Source: an uncultured delta proteobacterium
Lineage (GTDB): Bacteria; Desulfobacterota; Binatia; UBA9968
Direction of reading: 5' to 3'
DNA length: 64,000 nt
Assembly (NCBI GenBank): GCA_963816145.1
Contig: CAWFJP010000003.1
Span: 576,001 to 640,000 of the forward strand
The stretch's first letter is position 1. The number at the start of each line of letters is the position of its first letter. A program made the position numbers and the translations under genes. The notes beneath the pieces were generated by a model. That model was not told the origin of the DNA and ran no database searches. It was given only the letters and a program-made list of their open reading frames with translations. Below are positions 1 through 11,500 of this stretch, piece by piece.

Positions 1-421
1 CCATGCGAATCGCATCGCAGGGACAGGCCTCGACGCAGTAGCCGCAATAAATGCAGCGCAGCGTGTCGATCTCATATCGTATGGGAAACTTCTCCACCGA
101 TTTGTCGGCGTACTCACCGGCTTCGATGTAGATGCACTCGGCCGGGCATGCCGTCGCACAAAGATAGCAAGCCGTGCATTGCACCGTCTCGTCGGGTTTC
201 AGGGTCAGCCGATGCCGGCCGCGATAGGTCTCCGGATAAACCCAGGTCTCTTCGGGATACTGCACCGTGATCGACGCTGTGGAATCCTTGGCGAGGCCGA
301 ATTTTTGCAGCGAGTGAATCGCCAGGTTGCGCCAGAAGCGCCCCCCGGTGACCATCAAGCCGCGAAAAACCTCAGGGAAATAAAGCCGCTCCCACAGCGA
401 CATCTGTTCAATGCGTTTCAT
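1..421 (-). CDS. nuoI: NADH-quinone oxidoreductase subunit I (2x[4Fe-4S]), partial; runs off the window start
   Basis: Manual minus-strand translation from ATG at 421: MKRIEQMSLWERLYFPEVFRGL...QYPEE...YRGRHRL...CTACYLCATACPAECIYIEAGE...RYEIDTLRCIYCGYCVEACPCDAIRM, with two CxxCxxCxxxCP motifs. Absent from the ORF track because the gene is truncated. Confidence 0.9.
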   Translation of the reverse strand, partial: MKRIEQMSLWERLYFPEVFRGLMVTGGRFWRNLAIHSLQKFGLAKDSTASITVQYPEETWVYPETYRGRHRLTLKPDETVQCTACYLCATACPAECIYIEAGEYADKSVEKFPIRYEIDTLRCIYCGYCVEACPCDAIRM

Positions 422-505
422 CGTTCGATCCTAAGATGGTTCAGTGCCGGCATGTGGCGCTTGAAGACTCAGCATTTCACTGGCCCTCTCGGCCAAGCTG
501 ACTTC

Positions 506-535
506 AACTTATAGACGAATGCCAGGTTATGTCAA
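506..535 (-). promoter_or_regulatory. Candidate sigma70 promoter for nuoI
   Basis: Minus strand TTGACA (535-530), then 16-18 nt spacer, then TATAAG/TAAGTT. Lies in the apt-nuoI gap. Confidence 0.45.
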
Positions 536-572
536 GGAATGGAAACGCTGTAATTACAGAGATCTTGCGACT

Positions 573-1109
573 CTACTCCGAGTCGTACTGGAGCACCGAA
601 AAGACCCCGTGCGGCTTTAGTTTTTCCCGGCCGTTAAGAAAACTGAGTTCGATCACAAAGGCGCATTCGACGACGGTGGCGCCGAGCTTCGAGACGAGCT
701 CGGCAGTCGCGGCGGCGGTACCACCGGTGGCGATCAGATCGTCGGCGATTATCACCCGCGAGTTGGGCGCGACGGCGTCGATATGAATCTCCAATGTGTC
801 CTTGCCATATTCAAGGTCGTAACTGGCGCTGTGGGTTTCATAGGGCAGCTTGCCGGGCTTGCGTACGACACTAAAACCGGCGCCCAACTTATACGCGAGC
901 GCCGATCCGAAGATAAACCCGCGCGACTCTATGCCTAAAACGGTATCGATCTTTTGACCACGATAGCGCTCTGCAATCAAGTCGATCGTCTTGCCGAACA
1001 ACGGTCCGTTACTCAACAGCGGCGTGATGTCCTTAAAAACGATTCCCGGCTTCGGGAAGTCGGGGATATCGCGGATCGCTCCCCGAATACTTGCAATATC
1101 GTCAATCAT
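573..1109 (-). CDS. apt: Adenine phosphoribosyltransferase
   Basis: [42 protein letters not shown] and the PRPP-binding loop [12 protein letters not shown]. Confidence 0.97.
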   Translation of the reverse strand: MIDDIASIRGAIRDIPDFPKPGIVFKDITPLLSNGPLFGKTIDLIAERYRGQKIDTVLGIESRGFIFGSALAYKLGAGFSVVRKPGKLPYETHSASYDLEYGKDTLEIHIDAVAPNSRVIIADDLIATGGTAAATAELVSKLGATVVECAFVIELSFLNGREKLKPHGVFSVLQYDSE

Positions 1110-1168
1110 ACGAAACTGCCTCTCAAAACTCTGAAATTTGGAATCTGATATGCCTCGCCGTGCGAGGC

Positions 1169-2317
1169 CTAGCCCCAGACCTGGCGGGCCGTCTCGACCA
1201 CGACTTCGAGTTTGCGCCGCTGATCGTCTTCGCTTATCAAATTACCGACTACGTCGGACGAAAAGCCGCACTGCGGACTGATCGCGATCTGCTCGATGGG
1301 GGCGTACTTGGCGGCGGCATCGATGCGCCGTTTGAGTTCGTCGACCGATTCGAGCTGCGCCACCTTGGTGCTCACCAGGCCCAAGACAATCACTTTACCC
1401 TTGGGCAAGAATCGCAATGGTTCGAAACCGCCGGCCCGCGGCGTGTCGTACTCAAAGAGAAACCGATCATGATTCAATTCATTGAGCAGCCGTTCGGCGA
1501 TCTCGTCGTAGGTGCCTTCACGATGCCACATGCTGCGTTGATTGCCGCGGCATAGGTGAATGCCGAACGTGACATCATCGAATCCCGCGAGGACGGCATT
1601 ATCGGCTTTCAAAGAGCGGCTGAAATTCTCATTCGGGTCTTCGCCGCGGGCGCGCATGGCCTTGAGTGACGGCTGATCGACGTAAGCGGTATAGCCCGGC
1701 GCATCGATCTGCACATAGCGGCATCCGGCAGCGACCAAACCGGCAATGATCTCGCGCTCCACTTTAACCACATCGATGACGAACTCATCGAGGCCGGTGT
1801 AAACCGCCTTGGAGTTCTGCCAATCGAATCTCTGAGAGATACGATCGGGGCCGATCAAGGCGACTTTGCCGGGCTTACCCGCCACTTGGTGCAAGAAACC
1901 AAATTCCGCCGCCGGCACGTTGCGCGCCAAACCGAGCCTAGCCACCACTGGCCGGCGCTGCGCCACGGCCGTGCCCTTCTGTTCGCCCAGGTCGGGAATT
2001 TCCCAGCGGCGTAAAGGGCTACTGCCTTCCACTCGGCTTTCGTAAAATTTTAGACTCGGCTTGCCGGCGTCGTAGCCCGACACTGATTCGCCGAAACTAT
2101 CCTGAAAGTTAAGCCGGCGATATTCGCCGTCGGTGACCACTGATAGTCCGATCGACTCTTGCAGTACGACCGCATCACGAATCGCCTGATCTTCAATTTC
2201 GCGCAACTGTTCGAGTGTCAGCTTGCCTTCGTCGAAATGATTGCGCGCATCCTTCAGTTTTGCGGGCCGCAACAAGCTGCCGACGACATCGTTGCGAATC
2301 TTGGCTAACTCTTTCAT
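1169..2317 (-). CDS. Cobalamin-independent methionine synthase II family protein (single barrel, MetE-like)
   Basis: [20 protein letters not shown], zinc ligands HLCRGN and [20 protein letters not shown]. Confidence 0.88.
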   Translation of the reverse strand: MKELAKIRNDVVGSLLRPAKLKDARNHFDEGKLTLEQLREIEDQAIRDAVVLQESIGLSVVTDGEYRRLNFQDSFGESVSGYDAGKPSLKFYESRVEGSSPLRRWEIPDLGEQKGTAVAQRRPVVARLGLARNVPAAEFGFLHQVAGKPGKVALIGPDRISQRFDWQNSKAVYTGLDEFVIDVVKVEREIIAGLVAAGCRYVQIDAPGYTAYVDQPSLKAMRARGEDPNENFSRSLKADNAVLAGFDDVTFGIHLCRGNQRSMWHREGTYDEIAERLLNELNHDRFLFEYDTPRAGGFEPLRFLPKGKVIVLGLVSTKVAQLESVDELKRRIDAAAKYAPIEQIAISPQCGFSSDVVGNLISEDDQRRKLEVVVETARQVWG

Positions 2318-2329
2318 GATCGAAAACCC

Positions 2330-3082
2330 CTAATCTTTCGGCGCCACATTATCGGAAGCCTGCATGCAGCACAACTGCGGCAAGTAGCGCAGCGGATCTT
2401 GCGCGGTATTGTTCTTGCGGATTTCCAAATGCAGATGTGGCCCGGTCACCCGCCCGGTGCTGCCGACCTTGGCAATCACCTCGCCCTTGCCGACTTGCTG
2501 TCCCTCCCGCACAAGATTGACTTGATTATGCGCATACACCGAAACCATACCGCCTTGATGGCGCACGATGACGATATTGCCGTAGCCGCGAAGCTGATCG
2601 CTATAGATCACCTCGCCGCGCTCGATGGCTTGGATCGACGTGCCTTCCGGCGCTGCGATATCAATGCCGTCATGGAAACTCGACCCGCGTGGACCGTAGT
2701 TGGAATTGATCGTCCCGCTCACCGGCCAAAGCAACCGCTCGCCGTTAACTTCCGCGAACGGCAGCGCAAGGCGCGACCCCGGCTCCGCTTCCACCGGAGC
2801 TATGGTATCCACCGGCAATTGCCGGTTGGCTCCGGGGATCAATATTCGCTGGCCAACATAGATTTGGCTGGCGTCCTTCAAGCGATTGGCCTTGGCCAAC
2901 TCCTCGAAAGAAACGTCATAAACCTTACCGATACGGAAAAGATTCTCACCCGGCTTGACCACATGAAAAACATTCGACACCGGCCTAGTTGGAGCAGTTG
3001 GCGGGGGACTTTTGAACGAGGAACAGCCGGCTATCGCGACAATGCAAAGCACAACCCAGTGCGGGTGTAATCGAAAAGTCAT
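2330..3082 (-). CDS. LysM + M23 peptidase lipoprotein (NlpD-like)
   Basis: Lipobox-like IAGC, LysM motif HVVKPGENLFRI, M23 motifs HDGIDIAAP and HLHLEIR. Located directly after pcm. Start taken at MTFRL (3082); the ORF is open to 3154. Confidence 0.85.
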   Translation of the reverse strand: MTFRLHPHWVVLCIVAIAGCSSFKSPPPTAPTRPVSNVFHVVKPGENLFRIGKVYDVSFEELAKANRLKDASQIYVGQRILIPGANRQLPVDTIAPVEAEPGSRLALPFAEVNGERLLWPVSGTINSNYGPRGSSFHDGIDIAAPEGTSIQAIERGEVIYSDQLRGYGNIVIVRHQGGMVSVYAHNQVNLVREGQQVGKGEVIAKVGSTGRVTGPHLHLEIRKNNTAQDPLRYLPQLCCMQASDNVAPKD

Positions 3083-3165
3083 GAGACTTAGTCGTCCAGG
3101 ATCCACCAGCTTAAGACGCATTTGAAGTCGGTCACACCGGAACAATGCGACCATAGTTTGCGCCG

Positions 3166-3831
3166 CTATTCGCGCCAGCCGTACTTGCCTAGCAACTTGA
3201 CGAACTTACATTCGCCCAGCGGCTCTTTTTTGAAACTGGTGCGGGTCCGGGTCAAGCGCATGAGCATTTGCCCCTGTTCGTCGCCGATCGGAATCACCAA
3301 TCGGCCGCCGACGGCAAGCTGATCGAGCAGCGGCCGGGGCACCTGTGGCGCCCCGGCAGTGACAATGATCGCATGGTACGGCGCATGTTCCGACCAACCG
3401 ATGGTGCCATCGCCGACGTGGAGCGCGATATTGTGATACTCGAGCTGGTCTAAAAGAACGCGCGCCCGGCGTGACAGGGCGCGAATCTTTTCCACAGAGA
3501 ATACGTTAAAGCATAGTTCCGCTAAGAGTGCGGTTTGAAAACCCGAACCGGTACCGATCTCAAGCACCTTTTCATCACCGACCAGGCGCAGCGCCTCGCT
3601 CATGCGCGCCGACATATAAGGCTGCGACAAAGTCTGCTTATCGCCGATCGGCAAGGCACTGTCGTCATAGGCGCGATTGACGATGCCCGGATCGACAAAA
3701 ACATGGCGCGGAATCTTGCGAATCGCGGCAACCACCCGCGGGTCGGTGATACCGCGGGCGATGATCTGCTCCTGAACCATTCGGTCCCTAGCCCAAGCGA
3801 AATCATGTGCGATCGGTTCGGGATTCTTCAC
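3166..3831 (-). CDS. pcm: Protein-L-isoaspartate O-methyltransferase
   Basis: AYDDSALPIG, QTLSQPY, VLEIGTGSG, GDGTIGW, GGRLVIPIG, FVKL. Confidence 0.96.
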   Translation of the reverse strand: MKNPEPIAHDFAWARDRMVQEQIIARGITDPRVVAAIRKIPRHVFVDPGIVNRAYDDSALPIGDKQTLSQPYMSARMSEALRLVGDEKVLEIGTGSGFQTALLAELCFNVFSVEKIRALSRRARVLLDQLEYHNIALHVGDGTIGWSEHAPYHAIIVTAGAPQVPRPLLDQLAVGGRLVIPIGDEQGQMLMRLTRTRTSFKKEPLGECKFVKLLGKYGWRE

Positions 3832-4036
3832 TTAAGCTTCGACAAACATTATTGGCATGCGCCGAAGCGCATCCTGAGCGTTGAGACCGCTGCGCGGAAC
3901 AGGTTCGATGGATCGTTGGTAAACACGCCGATGTGACAAAAAGATAGACCCGATTGCATCCAATTCGGCAATCTAGCACAGCTGCAGGGGGATTTTCTAG
4001 TTTGACGGCGGTACGATCAGGGTTAACAGGATTATT

Positions 4037-4399
4037 TTACAGTTTGCCCAGCTCTTTTAGCTGGCGCAGGCGGGCCGCAAGAACCTCATCGGTTGATTCC
4101 ATCCCAACGGGCGTTGGCATAGCACTCGGATCGCCACCCAGCTGGACCAGCTTTTCACGCACCACGGCGAGCGAGCCATATAACCTTTGGTAATCTTCCA
4201 TCGAGGCCGAACACTCTTGCAGTTTACTGTCGATCACGCTCAAACTCTTTTCCAGACCGCGCTTTTGTTCTTCGAAAACCGCGTTGAGTTGCTGGCGAAT
4301 CTCATAGGTTTGCTGCTGCAAGGTTTCGTTGATATGCCCCAGATTCATCCGCATCTGGAGAATAATATCCATCAATCGCTCGACCGACTGCCCATCCAT
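4037..4399 (-). CDS. Hypothetical coiled-coil protein
   Basis: 120-aa helical ORF rich in Q/E/L, with GAGG RBS upstream. Family not recognised. Confidence 0.7.
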   Translation of the reverse strand: MDGQSVERLMDIILQMRMNLGHINETLQQQTYEIRQQLNAVFEEQKRGLEKSLSVIDSKLQECSASMEDYQRLYGSLAVVREKLVQLGGDPSAMPTPVGMESTDEVLAARLRQLKELGKL

Positions 4400-4593
4400 G
4401 ATGCCATCCTCATTTCCCTACATCGCTAGGGTCCGGCCGTTTGCCGCAAGCAGAACCAATGTCACACTGACCGCACTTCTAGACCGCCTCGGTCGATGAT
4501 GTCAAGTTGTGTCAATCTCGACATTCAGATTACGGCGCACATTAAAGTGAAATTAGCGCGTGAAAAAGTTTGGCTTAATTGCAGTGGAGAGAA

Positions 4594-4670
4594 TGGTCGG
4601 GGCGGCCGGATTTGAACCGGCGACCTCACGCACCCCAAGCGTGCGCGCTACCAGGCTGCGCCACGCCCCG
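4594..4670 (-). tRNA. tRNA-Pro(GGG)
   Basis: CGGGGCG-TG-GCGCAGCCTGGTAGCGC-G-CACGC-TTGGGGT-GCGTG-AGGTC-GCCGG-TTCAAAT-CCGGC-CGCCCCG-ACCA gives a full cloverleaf with encoded CCA. Confidence 0.97.
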
Positions 4671-4692
4671 ACAAGCACCTAAGACACCGGCG

Positions 4693-4721
4693 AATTTAGC
4701 ACCGCCGCTATGCCAAATCAA
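4693..4721 (-). promoter_or_regulatory. Candidate sigma70 promoter of tRNA-Pro
   Basis: Minus strand TTGATT-17 nt-TAAATT with an extended TG, about 22 nt upstream of the tRNA 5' end. Confidence 0.55.
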
Positions 4722-5068
4722 TTTATTACCCACAATCGTCAGGTATGCCAAAGTCGGACAGCGTGACGGAACCTCAGCATGTTTGCGTACCCCCCCATTG
4801 GCATTTCTACGGAAATCCCATTGGCCGTTACTGGCCGGGAGCCTTGCCGGAACTTGCATCCCCACGGCGCTCTGTTTTACGATTCATCCGTATCGACCAG
4901 GCCCTTTGTTCTGCAAGTCAAGACAACGTATTGAATTTTCTAAAGGGCTGATGCTCATCCTTGATTGTCGGCCGTTGGGCGGCTCCGGCGGCGTTAAGCT
5001 CATTACCCGTGGCAGGCAGGAACGCCACCATCACGAGCCGTGAACTTGCCGCGCCGAACGATCGCGCG

Positions 5069-5097
5069 GGGTTCCCTGCCTCTGCCAAGATGACGGT
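5069..5097. repeat. Degenerate REP-like palindromic element
   Basis: GGTTCCCTGCCTCTGCCAAGATGACGG resembles the widespread GGAT(T)CCCGCCTnCGCGGGAATGACGG intergenic repeat. Single degenerate copy. Confidence 0.3.
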
Positions 5098-5287
5098 TAA
5101 CCGAGAATTCTTCCAACCCAAATTCCTCAGAGCAGTCTCTATTGTGTTCCTGCCACGACTCGATACGCGCGATTGGAGTGCCGGGCAAAAAGGGGTCAGT
5201 CAGGTGTCTCGCCGCGTCTTTCGGGCAGTTGACCCACGCTGCGTCCACAATGCTGGGGTATCTTAGGAGCAACATGAGCCGTTCAGG

Positions 5288-5308
5288 GGTGTAAATATAA
5301 TTTACACC
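5288..5308. promoter_or_regulatory. Perfect AT-rich inverted repeat (operator-like) upstream of the NRPS array
   Basis: GGTGTAAAT-ATA-ATTTACACC, about 250 bp before the first NRPS ATG. Confidence 0.45.
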
Positions 5309-5559
5309 TGCTGACCGTAGATCCTTATTGAGGACTCTTGGGCCGCGGCGCTGCTAGAACTGCAAGAGGAAAGATCGCGGCATCGTGATTGCTATTATTA
5401 GTCCGTTCGTTACAACCTATTTCTGAAACCTTCCTGCCCCGGTGATCATCCCCGGAGGTTCGAATGACGACGATCAGGACTGGCACCGAGGTTGTGGAGA
5501 GAACACTGTTAACACGTGCTAAGCTCCGCTGATAAACATCTGCTCAAGAGCGTGTCGAG

Positions 5560-8500
5560 ATGATTCATATACTTAAAAATGGCTTAGACCCTGTGCCCGA
5601 ACAGCAGGCGATCCGCGACAAGTGTTTTCACCCCTCGGGCGCGTTCGTCGAGTTTCCGATCGAAGATGTCGAGGCTTCGATTCCGGCTCGGTTCGAAAAA
5701 ATTTTCCGGCAGCACCCTGATCGGATCGCGGTCAAAACCGAGACCGGCGTCGTCACTTACGGCGAACTCAATGCCATGGCTAATCGGTTCGCCAAGAGTC
5801 TGTTGCAATGCACCGGGCCACGAGCCGGGCTGGTCGCACTTCTCTTGGAAAAAGATGTGGCCCAGGTTGCCGCCATGCTGGGAGTGCTGAAAGCGGGAAA
5901 GTTCTTCCTGATTCTGGACCCAACCTTCCCCAAAGCAAGGCTCATCGCCATGCTCAAGGGCTCGTGGGCGAAGTTGGTGGTGACCAACCAGCGCAATGCT
6001 TCGTTAGCCAATGAAATTGCAACCCCGGACTGCGAGTTGATCCAATGGGAAACCATCAATGAGTCGATTCCCGGAGATAATCCCGAGCTACCCATCGCCC
6101 CGAAAGCACTCGCGTTTATTAATTACACTTCCGGCTCGACGGGAGAGCCTAAAGGTTTGCTTCGAACCCACCGGATGATTTTGCATAACATCATGCTGCG
6201 CACCAATCTCATCCATGTCTGTGAACAAGACCGTATCAGCCTGCTTTCGTCCGGCACATCCAACGCGATCACCAATTCCTTCCTGGCACTGCTAACCGGC
6301 GCGGGGCTTTATTCCTTGGAGGTCAAAAAGGAAGGTGCCGTACGGCTCGCCCATTGGCTCGCGGAGGAAAATATTACCATCGCGCCGATGAGTTCGCCGC
6401 TTTTTCGCGGCCTCTGCGAAACCCTGAATGGAATCAGAAACTTTCCAAACCTGCGCGTGATACGACTGAGGAGCGAGTCGGTCTACGGATCAGACGTTGG
6501 TCTTTACAAACAGTATTTCTCGCCAAATTGCAACTTCGTCACCGGGCTATCCTCAAACGAGACAGGACCTTTAGCGGATTACTTGATCGATCACGATACG
6601 GTTGTAACTGACAGCGCGGTCCCGGTCGGCTATGCGGCGCCGGGTAAAGAGGTGGTGCTTCTCAATCAGGACGGTGAAAGAATCGGCTTTGACGAAGTCG
6701 GCGAGATTGCGGTTCGGAGTCGATATCTATCGCCCGGATATCTGCGCAATCCGCGACTAACCAAGGCTAAATTCCGGCGCGATCCAACCGCAACCGGCAG
6801 TCGCATTTACCTCACCGGTGATTTGGGGCTGATGCTTCCCAACGGCTGTTTGATTCACAAAGGGCGCAAAGACTTTCGCGTGAAAGTCCGCGGCTACCCA
6901 GTCGATATCAAAGAGGTCGAGATCGCGCTTCGCGCCCATCCGAGCATGCACGACGCGGTCATCACGGCTCGACAGAACCAGTTAGGAGAAACCACGCTCG
7001 TCGCCTACTTCGTGACCGCCTCTGAACAGGTTCCTACGGTGAGTGAGTTAGCGAGGTTCTTGGGTCAGACCCTGCCCGATTACATGATTCCGGCCACTTT
7101 TGTTAGGCTCAACAGCATGCCACTCAACCCGCAGAACAAAGTCGATCGCGCGGCGCTTCCGCCGCCGGCCGAGACGCGCCCCAACCTAGACACCCCTTTT
7201 ATGGCGCCGCGCAGCGACGAAGAAAGAGCAGTGGCTGAAATATGGGCGGAGGTTCTCGGTATCGACCGCGTCGGCATTCACGACGATTTTTTTGACTTGG
7301 GCGGCCATTCGCTGGCGGCCACAAGGATCGTGACGCGCGTGATCGAAAAGTTTCACGCAGAGCTGGCCCTGCAGGTCCTATTTGATTCACCCACGGCGGG
7401 AAAAATGGCGGCGGCAGTCCGGGAGCGTCAAAGCTTGGATCATCAGCTTAGTTCTCAGCCATCCAGCGATTCGGTACAGGCACGACCTGGCGAACTCAGC
7501 ATCGACTTCACGCCATTTCCGAAGGAAGACGTTGAACGATCGATCCCCGAGCGCTTCGAAAAGATTGTGCGCATGTATCCCGACAAGATCGCGGTCAAAA
7601 GTGGGAATGAGGTGGTTACCTACGCGCAACTCAACGCCATGGCCAATCGGGTAGCACGACGCATAGTTTCCGAGAACGGAGCTGAGCCGGAACCGGTGGG
7701 ACTGTTAATCGACAAAGGTGTCGAACAGACAGCAGCCATGTTGGGGGTCTTAAAAGCGGGCAAGTTTTTCGTGCTTTTTGATCCGTCGTTTCCGTTGGAG
7801 CGAAATTCGGCAATATTCGAAGACACATCCCCTCGTTTGATATTGGTAGACGCTAAGAATACGCCGTACGGATGCAAACTGACAGACACAACTTCTAGCC
7901 TCATTACATTTGAATCGATTGATCCGAACTCAGTTTCCGATGATCTCACGGTAAAGATTGCACCTGATTCCCTCGCCTATGTCGTTTACACCTCAGGTTC
8001 AACGGGACAGCCGAAGGGTGTTCTTCAGACTCATCGGAGTAGGCTGCATTTCGTGATGGTGTACTCAAAGATGCTCAGTTTGTCGCCCAACGATCGGTGC
8101 ATCCTCCTGACCTCTGGCACGGCAAACACCGTTGCGAATAGTCTTTTTGCTTTGTTGAACGGTGCAGCACTGCATCCGATTAACGTGAATGAGCTCGGAC
8201 TTTCTAGGCTTGCCGGTTGGATCATTGACGAGAAGATATCTATATGCGCAATAAGCGCGCCGTTATTTCGCAATCTCTGTGAGTCTTTGACGGGCAACGA
8301 GAAGTTTGCGGACCTTCGCGTTCTGCGCCTCACGAGCGAGGCGTCTTATAAAAGCGACTTCGAACTGTACAAACGATTCTTCCCACGCACTTGTTGTTTA
8401 GCAAACATGTTGGCGCCTACCGAAGCGGGAATCCTACGACAATTTTTAATGGACCACGAAACTCAGATTAGTGGTGATGAAATCCCGCTAGGGTATCCAG

Positions 8501-11500
8501 TTGACGATACGGAGATCTTTTTACTTGACTCCAAGGGCAGAGAGGTCGGTTGCAACGAAGTTGGTGAGATTGTAGTGCGGAGTCGATATCTTTCTTCGGG
8601 ATATTGGCTCCGCCCGGAACTGAACAAAGCAAAATTCAAAGCCGATCCACACGAGGCCGGTCAACGGTTTTATTACACCGGAGATCTTGGATTGATGCTT
8701 CCCGACGGCTGTTTGATTCACAAGGGTAGAAAAGACTTCCGAGTAAAGATCCGCGGTTACGGCGTAGAGATTGGAGAGGTCGAAACAGTGCTCCGGAGCC
8801 ATGCAGCCGTCAAGGATTGCGTCGTTGTCGATCGCAAAGGTGATTCAGGCGAGACCAAACTCATTGCTTATTATACTTCGTCGGCGACATTTATCCCGAA
8901 CACGAGCGAATTGCGCAAGTTTTTGAGCCGATCACTTCCGGACTACATGGTGCCATCCATGTTTGTGGGGCTGGAGACAATACCGCTCACGCCCAACGGC
9001 AAGTTAGATCGTCATGCATTGCCGGAACCTGGCGGCCGACGTCCGGACCTGGACATACCGTTCCAACCTCCAAGGACAGACGTGGAAACACGCGTAGCTC
9101 AAATTTTTACCGAGTGTACGGGCATAGAGCGCGTGGGCATCGACGACAACTTTTTCGAGTTAGGCGGAGATTCGCTCCTTTTCACACGACTTCTTTCGCG
9201 AGTAAGCGTGATGTTTCAGCGGGAATTCTCGATACAGGAGTTATTTGAAGCTCCTTCTGTTGCCGGCATTGCTCGCCTGCTCGAATCACCAACGCAGCCT
9301 GCTGTCGTGAAAGCTGAACCCACTCTCTCGCTAATTTCGAAAGATACGCCAGTACCGCTCTCGTACTCTCAGCAACGATTGTGGTTTCTCGACCAGTTTG
9401 ACCCGAGAAGTTTCGCCTATAATCTCTTTGCCGCCTTCCGGCTCAAAGGCGACCTCAATGTAGCGGCATTAGAGCAGAGCTTCAACGCGATTATCAGGCG
9501 CCATGAAATCCTGCGAACGGTGTTTCAATCCGAGAATGGCAACCCGATACAGGTCATTTTGCCTAATTTGGCAATCAAGATGCCTTTGGTTGATCTGAGA
9601 GCGATCGCCTCGGAAGCAGCCCGCTGGACGGAAGCCCGCAGGATGTTCACAGAAGAAGCTCAGCGGCCCTTCGATTTGGCCACTGGCCCTTTGGTCCGAA
9701 TCACGCTACTGCAACTTGCCGACGATGAGTATATTTTACTGCGAGCGATACATCACATAGTTTGTGACGGCTGGTCTGTGGGAGTTCTGTTTCACGAGCT
9801 ATCCGAAATCTATGAGGCTCTATCAACCGGACAACCATCGCCGCTTGCCGACCTGCCTACCCAATACGGAGATTATGCCAAATGGCAGAGGCAATGGTTC
9901 CAGGATGAGCGTCTCGAGTCTCAGTTATCCTATTGGAAAGAGCAGCTCGACAATATCGCGACCTTGCAACTACCCACCGATCGTCCGAGGCGGACCGCAC
10001 AGGCGATTCGTGGAGCACGGCGGTATTTTGCATTCTCAGATGCACTCTCCACCGAGCTCAAAAAGTTAAGTCACGAACACGGGGCGACTCCCTTCATGAC
10101 CTTGTTGGCGGCTTTTCAAACGCTGCTGCACCGTTACAGCAATCAGACCGATGTCGTGATCGGTTCTCCGGTGGCCGGGCGAACCCGAAAGGAATTCGAT
10201 GAACTTATCGGGTTCTTTCTGAACATGCTGGTGCTGCGTCTTGACCTCTCGGCGGATCCAACTTTTGCCGAGACAATTGCACGAGCACGAAAGGTATGCC
10301 TAGGAGCCTTGAGTCATCAAGAGTTGCCTTTTGAGAAACTTGTCGAAGAGCTGCATCCCGATCGAAACCTAAGTCACAATCCGTTGTTTCAGGTGAGTTT
10401 TGCTTTTCAAAATACTCCACGATTTCCCCCGCGGTTGTCCGGTGTTGAAGTGGAGGAGCTGGAAGTCGACACCGGCATCGCCAGGTTCGACCTACATCTT
10501 TTCATGGAAGAGATGGACGGACATCTGCAAGGATACTGCGACTACGATTCGAACCTGTTCAATGCGGATACCATCGAGAGGATGCTCGGCCATTTTCAGA
10601 CTTTACTGCAAGGTATCGTGGCCGACCCCAACCAGCGCATCTCGGATCTGCCGCTGCTCACCGAGCGAGAAAAACATCAACTCTTGGTCGAGTGGAACGA
10701 CACCCAGACCGATTTCCCAAAAGACAAGTGCATCCACCAGCTGTTCGAAGAACAGGTCGAGAAATCCCCAGATGCCATTGCCCTGGTCTTCGAAGACCAG
10801 CAGCTCAGCTATCGAGAGCTTAACAGCCGCGCCAACCAACTGGCCCACTATCTTCGCAAACGAGACGTCGAACCCGACTCCATTGTCGCATTGTGCATGA
10901 ATCGTTCACTGGAACTGGTCATTGCCATCCTCGGCGTGCTCAAAGCCGGTGGCGCCTATATGCCCATCGACCCTGAATTGCCAGCTCAACGACTCCAGTT
11001 CCTGCTCGAAGACGCCCAAGTTAGGCTGCTTCTCACCCAAGACAAGCTCCGCTCCGCATTGGCCGATTTTGCCGGTCACATTGTTTGCCTGGACAGCGAT
11101 TGGCACAAGCTAGCGGACCAAAGCCATGAGGATCCCCAGCATCACGTCAGAGGACACCATGCGGCTTATGTCATCTACACCTCTGGCTCCACTGGAACTC
11201 CGAAGGGCGTGGTTAACGTTCATGACGGGCTACGTAGCCGCATACAGTGGATGCAGGAAAGTTATCAGCTTACTTCTGCAGACCGGGTGCTGCAGAAGAC
11301 CCCCTTTACCTTCGACGTCTCGGTCTGGGAGTTTTTATGGCCGCTGATCAGCGGGGCTTGCCTCGTCGTGGCGAGGCCGGGCGGCCATCGAGATAGCTCT
11401 TATCTCGTGCAGCTCATCCAATCCCAGCAGATCACGACGCTTCATTTTGTTCCCTCCATGCTCGAGGTGTTTTTGCAGGAACCCGGAGCCGAACGTTGTA

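Noticed and set aside
4722-5559. Short ORFs in the tRNA-NRPS gap as an integrase or transposase remnant
   Set aside because: No recognisable recombinase, DDE or HUH motifs in the frames examined, and the ORFs overlap inconsistently.
9160-9180. GGDS T domain as evidence of an epimerisation step
   Set aside because: The next domain is an LCL-like C followed by an A domain, and no E domain is present.
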